A stretch of 64,000 nucleotides of DNA from Bacteroidales bacterium (GTDB lineage Bacteria > Bacteroidota > Bacteroidia > Bacteroidales > UBA932): the NCBI GenBank assembly GCA_023667095.1, contig JAMPAT010000002.1:47097-111096 (forward strand). The letters are read 5' to 3'. Both the position numbers and the translations under genes were made by a program. Shown here in pieces: positions 57,801 to 64,000 of the stretch; the first letter of the stretch is position 1; every line of letters begins with the position of its first letter. Under the pieces are notes generated by a model. It was given only the letters and a program-made list of their open reading frames with translations, had not been told where the DNA came from and ran no database searches.

Positions 57801-60800
57801 ATGAAAAGCAGATATTTAGTGATGATATTGGCAGTACTTTTACTGCCGTTCAGCTTAATGGCCCAGACAAATTCTCCGGCACAGTCACCGGGGGGGGGCA
57901 TCAAGAATTCTTGTAGGAGTCGTCAAGGACGAGCAGGGCAAAGGACTGCCTGGAGCTGTCGTCTACATGAAGGACAATCCGTCAAAAGGTACAGAGACTG
58001 ACAGGTTCGGTAATTTTGAACTCAAAGGCATTCCAGAGGGCAGGCATACACTTGTCTTCAGCATGCTGGGAATGACAGAGGTGGAAATACTGTACAATGG
58101 ACAGGAGAGCACAATTGTCACCCTTAAGGAAGAGGCCACCAGCATCGAGGATGTCGTTGTCACAGGTATAATCACTAGAAACAGGAACAGCTTTACCGGT
58201 TCGGCATCTACATTCTCAGGCCAGGAACTGAAGAATATCGGTACAACTAACATTCTACAGAGCCTGAAGACCCTGGAGCCATCAATGACTATCGTTGAAA
58301 ACAGTCTCAGGGGAGCAGACCCCAACACTATGCCTGACCTGGAAATCAGGGGAAAGACGAGCATTGTGGGAGACCTGGAATCCGACTATGACAATGTCCC
58401 TAACCAGCCCCTGTTCATCCTCGACGGAATGGAGGTAAGCATTGAGTCGATTGTAAACCTCAACATAGACAGGGTAAAGAGCGTCACGGTCCTGAAAGAT
58501 GCAGCCTCTACGGCAATATACGGCTCCAAGGCGGCAAACGGTGTAATCGTCGTGGAGACCATTCCGCCTGAGCCTGGACAGCTGAGAGTCAGCTATTCCG
58601 GAAATTTCGGAGTCCAGTTCCCTGATCTGAGCGACTACAACCTGATGAACGCCGCGGAAAAGCTCCAGTTCGAAAAGCTTGCCGGACGGTACACATCCAA
58701 GACAGAGACAGAATCACCTGAGCAGGATGCCCTTGATGCGCTCTACTATTCAAGGCTTAAGGCAGTACGGGAAGGCGTGGACTCATATTGGCTGTCAGAT
58801 CCGCTGCGTGTAGTGTTCAACCATTCGCACAACCTGTACGTGGACGGAGGAGACCAGAACATGCAGTACGGAATCGGCGTCAACTATGGCAATGACAAAG
58901 GTATCATGAAAGGCTCGGACAGGGATATTCTCGGAGGTGACATACAGGTACGCTACCGCAAGAACAACTTTACATTTGCCAACAACTTCAACCTGACCCT
59001 GGTCAATTCCGATACGGAACCTGTGTCATTCGACCAGTTCGCAAACGCGAACCCGTATTACAGGAAAAGGAATGACGACGGCTCTGTGCCTCTCCTGCTT
59101 GAATCGACTGCAGTTGCAGGGACTACCATATACAACCCCCTTGCTTTGTTCGGGATTACAAATACGAACCACACCAAGGACCTGTCCATTTCAGACCAGC
59201 TTGACCTTACATGGAGATTCCTCGGGGCATTCTCGCTGCGCGGGACATTCGGATTCACCAAGAGCATATCCGAGACGGAGGCATTCAAGTCCCCTGACCA
59301 TCCGGACTTCACAGGAAGCGTTGCGGACAAGAAAGGCCTGTATTCAGCAGACAAGAACGACAATTTCAACTATAACGGCAGGATTGTGTTCAGCTACGGC
59401 AAGCTCTTCAAGGGTCAGCACAATGTAAGCGCAAATGCAAGCTGGGATTTCAGCAACAAGGACCTGAAACGCACAGGATACAGCATAACCGGATTTGTCG
59501 GCGACCAGCACATGAACCCGGCATTCTCTGCAGGCTTCGACCAGGGCACGAAACCGACATATTCCAGCTCCCGTTCGCGTGCGACCGGATTCCTCGTAAG
59601 CGCAAACTACGCATACAAGGGCAGGTACATGATAGACCTCAACTACAGGCTTGACGGCTCGTCCGTGTTCGGTGCACAGAAAATGTTCACAGGGACATGG
59701 TCACTCGGTGCGGCATGGGACATAACAAACGAAAAATGGTTCAAGGTAAACTGGATAAGCTACCTGAAGATAAGGTACTCAGTCGGAAACCCTGGCAACC
59801 AGAACTTCGATGCATACATGTCTTCCGGAATATACGAATACAATCCGGACTACACCAACATATTCGGAGAGAGCGCAATCCTGCAGAAGGCTGCCAACAG
59901 CAACCTTGCATGGCAAAAGACCCTTGACCAGAACTGGGGTCTGGACTTCACAGCATGGGAAGACAGGATAAGGCTGACATTTGACTACTACCACAAGAAT
60001 ACCAATCCGCTTTTAGTGTCAATCACCCTGCCTCCCTCTGCAGGACAGACAAGGGCATACACGAATCTCGGAGGGCAGATTTCACAGGGATTCTCCGGAA
60101 TAGTCAATGTCGTGGCACTGAAGACAGAGACCATGAGGCTCGGAGTGAATGTCTCATACAGCCATAACACATCAAGATATGTCAATATAGGCAACAGCCT
60201 GGAGTTCATGAACCAGCACGGAAGTTCCGAGGTATTCAGGAGATATTACGACGGGGCAAGCCCTGACGACATATGGGCAGTGAGGTCACTCGGCATCGAT
60301 CCTGCTACAGGGCGTGAACTGTTTCTCACAAAGGACGGTGAATATACATTCCAGTACAATGCCGATGACGAGGTTAAGGTAGGCTCAACAGCACCTGACC
60401 TTGAAGGTGTTGTCGGGCTGTCATTCTACTATAGACAGTTTTCCGCAAGCATAAACTGCCGTTATCAGCTTGGAGGACAGACATTCGCATCTGCCCTATA
60501 CAACAAGGTGGAGAATCTCAGCGAGCAGCAGCTGTACTACAATGTGGACAGGAGGGCACTGTATGACAGATGGCAGAAGCCTGGCGACAATGCCAGGTTC
60601 AAGGCGATAGACAACCTTGACACGACTCCCATGTCATCCCGATTTGTCCTTGACAACAATGTATTTACATTCGAGTCCATTTCAGTAGGATATGACACTA
60701 ATGCAAGATGGCTGCAGAAAATCAGGGTGCAGGGAGCATCCATACGGCTTTATGCCAACAATATATGGAGGATTGCCTCAATAAAGGAGGAGCGCGGGAC

Positions 60801-60852
60801 CGAGTATCCGTTCTCCAACAGTGTCTCATTGTCAATCAGCTTAAGGTTTTAG
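57801..60852 (+). pseudogene. SusC/RagA-family TonB-dependent transporter interrupted by a +1 frameshift inside a G9 homopolymer (57890-57898)
   Basis: Frame 0 gives the signal peptide MKSRYLVMILAVLLLPFSLMAQTNSPAQSPGGG. The rest of the protein (..ILVGVVKDEQGKGLPGAVVYMKDNPSKG.. through the C-terminal LRF) is in the +1 frame (track ORF 57967-60852). Removing one G restores a single 1017-codon ORF. Candidate -7 boxes at 57727-57734 and 57737-57744. Confidence 0.55.
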
Positions 60853-60856
60853 GAAA

Positions 60857-62338
60857 ATGAAAAGATATATTGCATATATTGCAGCAGCTTCGGCAATGCT
60901 GGTTCTCCATTCATGCAAGGCTTGGCTGAATGTAGATTCAGAGGACAGGATCCTGGAGGAGAGGCTATACAGCAGTACAGACGGATTCTACACTGCCCTA
61001 AACGGTGTCTATATCGACCTCGTGAACGAGAACCTGTACTCAGGTACACTTGCCCCTGCAGCATCAGACATCATGGCACAGTACTATGATACAAATGCTG
61101 ACACCCATACATACGGTTCACTGGCAGGATTCCAGAACGAGGCCAAGAGGAATGCGGTAAGCGGACTATGGACAAGGGCATATTTCCTGATCCTGAATAT
61201 CAACAAGATTATCGCCCGCTGCGATGAACGCAAGGGCAGCGTACTGAATGAGACAGACTACAACCTCATAAAAGGCGAATGCCTGGCACTGCGTGCCCTG
61301 CTGCATTTCGAGCTTCTGAGATATTTCGGGCCTGTATTCTCCGTCTCTCCGGGAGCAGACGCAATACCATATATGACAGACCCGGACCCTAAGGTAGGCC
61401 CTGTCCTTCCTGCAACAGCAGTAATGTCAAGGCTCAATGCAGACCTGGAAGAATCCATGGGACTTCTGGCCATCAGCGACCCTGTAATAAGTTCAGGAAA
61501 GAATGACGTAGACAACGGAGGAAGGAACCTCTATGGCTTCAGGAACCTCCGGATGAACTATTTTGCCACAAAGGCCCTTGCTGCGAGGGTGAACATGTAT
61601 CTCGGCTATCTTGAGAACTATCGCGCAAAAGCCCTGCAATATGCGGAGGAGGTAATCAGGGATGCAGCAGTATTCTTCCCGTTCTCGACAAGGGAAGAGG
61701 CAAACGGCCAGGCTGCCACAGGAAATGTAAACACCTCATCAGAAGACAGGGTCCTCTCATCGGACATACTTTTTTCAGTCTACAATGTAAGGCGCGGAGA
61801 GGACATATATGAGAAATATTTCTATAACACCCTGGAAATAAACAGGCTTCTCGCCATATCGGAGAGAGGCTACAACAGCATGTTCCCGGAAGAGGGAGAC
61901 CTCAGGACATTCCAGTGGGCAAGGAAAAAGGATGCACTCGGCAACGATGTAATATGCCTTGTAAAATATGAGGCAATGGAGGTTGACGGGAAGAGCTATC
62001 CATATATGATTCCGGTGCTGAGGATGGCAGAGATGTACCTGATAGCTGCAGAATGCCATAACGCAGACGGCAATACAGGCCTGGCATACCAGAGGCTGAA
62101 CACACTGAGGAACGCCCGCCAGACATCATCCGTCAACACTGCAATAGAAGCCAACATCGAATATGAATATATCCGTGAATTTGCAGGGGAAGGACAGCTT
62201 TTCTGGTATTACAAAAGGAAGAATGCCCAGACAATCACAGCCATTTACGACAGGAGCAGACCCGACATATCAATCGGCACGGAAGGCTACCTGTTTGAAC
62301 TTCCGCAGGCTGAGGACGGATTCAGGGACAAGAAGTAA
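60857..62338 (+). CDS. SusD/RagB-family lipoprotein (paralog of 33498-34952)
   Basis: Lipobox LHSC; shared blocks with the first SusD (ALRAxLHFxxLRxFGPV, EMYLIAAE). Confidence 0.85.
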   Translation: MKRYIAYIAAASAMLVLHSCKAWLNVDSEDRILEERLYSSTDGFYTALNGVYIDLVNENLYSGTLAPAASDIMAQYYDTNADTHTYGSLAGFQNEAKRNAVSGLWTRAYFLILNINKIIARCDERKGSVLNETDYNLIKGECLALRALLHFELLRYFGPVFSVSPGADAIPYMTDPDPKVGPVLPATAVMSRLNADLEESMGLLAISDPVISSGKNDVDNGGRNLYGFRNLRMNYFATKALAARVNMYLGYLENYRAKALQYAEEVIRDAAVFFPFSTREEANGQAATGNVNTSSEDRVLSSDILFSVYNVRRGEDIYEKYFYNTLEINRLLAISERGYNSMFPEEGDLRTFQWARKKDALGNDVICLVKYEAMEVDGKSYPYMIPVLRMAEMYLIAAECHNADGNTGLAYQRLNTLRNARQTSSVNTAIEANIEYEYIREFAGEGQLFWYYKRKNAQTITAIYDRSRPDISIGTEGYLFELPQAEDGFRDKK

Positions 62339-62343
62339 AAGAA

Positions 62344-63105
62344 ATGAAAATGAAGGCATACATATATATCATAATGTTTGCAGCAGGCATGGCAATAGCC
62401 GGATGCACTGACGCTCTTGAGACATACAGCGGCACTTCCGGAGTGTATTTTGCGATGGGTGCCGGCAAGACATACGCCAATGCAGACACAACATACGTGG
62501 AATCTTCGAACCTGCCCTTCATTGTGACCGGGAGCAGGGACTCCGTATTCAATGTAAAGATAAAGATTGTCGGAGCAGTCTCACAGCATGACAGGAATGT
62601 CGAGGCAAGGATAGTCGAGGACATGTCTACAGTGACTGCAGAAGACTATGAACCGCTGCAGGGAAGCTATGTGCTGAAAGCCGGTGAGGTATTCGGCAAC
62701 ATTCCCATCAGGTTTCTTCGCCCATCCTCACTGGAGGGGAAGCAGAGGACAATGACTATCGAGCTTGTCGAAAACAGCGACTTCTCGCTCCCGATAAGGT
62801 TCTGGCGCAACTCCTCCACCGAATATGTCAATGTGACAAGGCATTCAATCATTGTGAGCGACAAATACGTACAGCTGCCCGGATATTCCGAGAGCCATTT
62901 CGGTGCATTTTCCGAAAAGAAGATGAAGATTCTGCTTGATCTTTTCGGGATGAAGCTGACTGACTTCAATGCAAGCCTGCCTCTCACCATGACAAAGGCA
63001 ATGGGACAGAAATTCGACCGATGGCTCCAGGAACAGAAATCAAAGGGAGAGACAGTATATGAAGAAGACGGCTCTGAAATGAAGTCCGGAGAATATATAT
63101 ATTAA
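62344..63105 (+). CDS. DUF4843-like lipoprotein (paralog of 34952-35707)
   Basis: Lipobox IAGC; 253 aa; same position in the cluster. Confidence 0.55.
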   Translation: MKMKAYIYIIMFAAGMAIAGCTDALETYSGTSGVYFAMGAGKTYANADTTYVESSNLPFIVTGSRDSVFNVKIKIVGAVSQHDRNVEARIVEDMSTVTAEDYEPLQGSYVLKAGEVFGNIPIRFLRPSSLEGKQRTMTIELVENSDFSLPIRFWRNSSTEYVNVTRHSIIVSDKYVQLPGYSESHFGAFSEKKMKILLDLFGMKLTDFNASLPLTMTKAMGQKFDRWLQEQKSKGETVYEEDGSEMKSGEYIY

Positions 63106-63174
63106 GCAGAAGATATCATGATTGGTCAAAATAGAAAATATGGACGGCAGGAATATCCTAAGCTGCCAGGAAGA

Positions 63175-64000
63175 ATGGCATATCTGGCCTGCACAATGCT
63201 CCTTTTAGGAGTCTGCGGATGCTTCAGGGACCTGGGCAACTACGACTACACAGAAATCAACCAGGCTGTGATAGGTGATGCCGGATTTGACCGGGAATAC
63301 AACGTAAGGCTCAACGAGGACATACTCAGGATTACTCCGGAAATATCATTTACCCTTGACCCTGAAGAAAAAGGCAGGTACAGGTATGAATGGGTCGCAG
63401 TCGGACAGAATTTCCTGCGCGGGCAGAGATTCACGATAAGTACGGAACGGAATCTTGAATATCCTGTAAGGCTGGCTGCAGAAACATATATCCTGTACCT
63501 TAAGGTAACGGACCTGTCTACAGACATGGTCTTCAGCAAGGACGTGGCACTCAATGTAATGTCACTCTACACAAAAGGCTGGCTCCTGGCCGGGGAAGAC
63601 AGCAGCGGCAACGGCCAAATGGACATGGTATCATTCAGCGGCAACACCCTTTTCCTCAAGAACACCCTCGGGATGCAGGACGACCTGGTACTCTCCCCTG
63701 TCAGGCTCGTGTGGATTGACAACAACGAATACACGTCAGAGGACAGGGTGTATGCAGGCACGGAATCAGGCACATACAAATTCGACAGGGAAAGCTTTAC
63801 CGGCTCGCCATATACAGACCTTAAATATTCCTTTGCACTTGCCCCGGAAGGGAGATGTGTCATGACCGACTGCCAGAAGATCAGCGACAAAAGGCATGTT
63901 GTCATCGTAGACGGGCGTGCCCATGAAGTCAGTTCTGACGGCGGAATGATCGGCAATACATTCAGCTACACTGAAAACGGTGCTGAATTCGAGGTTGCAC
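63175..64000 (+). CDS. PKD-like family lipoprotein, N-terminal 275 codons (continues past the window end)
   Basis: MAYLACTMLLLGVCGCFRDLGNYDY parallels the N-terminus of 35710-37269 (ASCARDLGNYKY); the frame is open to the window end; an in-frame ATG at 63118 is an alternative start. Confidence 0.55.
   Translation, partial: MAYLACTMLLLGVCGCFRDLGNYDYTEINQAVIGDAGFDREYNVRLNEDILRITPEISFTLDPEEKGRYRYEWVAVGQNFLRGQRFTISTERNLEYPVRLAAETYILYLKVTDLSTDMVFSKDVALNVMSLYTKGWLLAGEDSSGNGQMDMVSFSGNTLFLKNTLGMQDDLVLSPVRLVWIDNNEYTSEDRVYAGTESGTYKFDRESFTGSPYTDLKYSFALAPEGRCVMTDCQKISDKRHVVIVDGRAHEVSSDGGMIGNTFSYTENGAEFEVA

Noticed and set aside
57890-57898. Declaring the G9 tract a proven phase-variation switch
   Set aside because: A single consensus sequence cannot distinguish a slippage switch from a homopolymer sequencing error; reported only as a hypothesis.
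1-64000. tRNA, rRNA, tmRNA and RNase P genes
   Set aside because: No cloverleaf-like or conserved rRNA/RNase P motifs were recognised by eye in any intergenic region; absence not proven without tRNAscan or Infernal.

Overview
This window looks like a Bacteroidota (Bacteroidales-like, roughly 50% GC) chromosomal segment, judged from multiple SusC/SusD pairs, lipobox lipoproteins and Bacteroides-style TAnnTTTG -7 promoter boxes. Layout: (i) 1-16.5 kb, a minus-strand polysaccharide utilization locus: transmembrane one-component regulator, SusC, SusD, fasciclin lipoprotein, surface lipoprotein, FAD-oxidoreductase::GH28 fusion, GH97, esterase and a second partial FAD-oxidoreductase paralog. (ii) 17-28.5 kb, all minus strand: AAA+ ATPase (DUF4143-type), a repeat- and hairpin-rich 860-bp non-coding stretch, a DUF4954-like beta-helix protein, a lipoprotein plus radical-SAM/SPASM pair, NfnAB-like oxidoreductase, and a putative metal-uptake trio (Cys/His-rich secreted protein, TonB-dependent receptor, HMA-domain protein). 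(iii) 28.6-39.8 kb, plus strand: SppA, SusC, SusD, DUF4843, PKD-like lipoprotein, TlpA thiol-disulfide oxidoreductase and a lipoprotein. (iv) Housekeeping genes tilS, a DUF3078-like outer-membrane protein and proS. (v) 44.2-49.2 kb: an unusual Trp/Tyr-rich lipoprotein with a long Ser/Arg/Gly/Thr disordered tail, followed by two tandem FadL-like outer-membrane proteins. (vi) lpxD-lpxC-lpxA-wbqC with an unfused lpxC, then rimP-nusA-infB. (vii) 57.8-64 kb: a second paralogous SusC/SusD/DUF4843/PKD-like cluster whose SusC carries a +1 frameshift in a G9 tract. No rRNA, tRNA, CRISPR array, integrase or transposase was seen. The best candidates for undescribed biology are the aromatic/RS-tail lipoprotein with its FadL-like pair, the lipoprotein plus rSAM/SPASM pair, the Cys/His-rich protein with its TonB receptor and HMA protein, and the duplicated CAZyme-free SusCD-DUF4843-PKD-TlpA loci.
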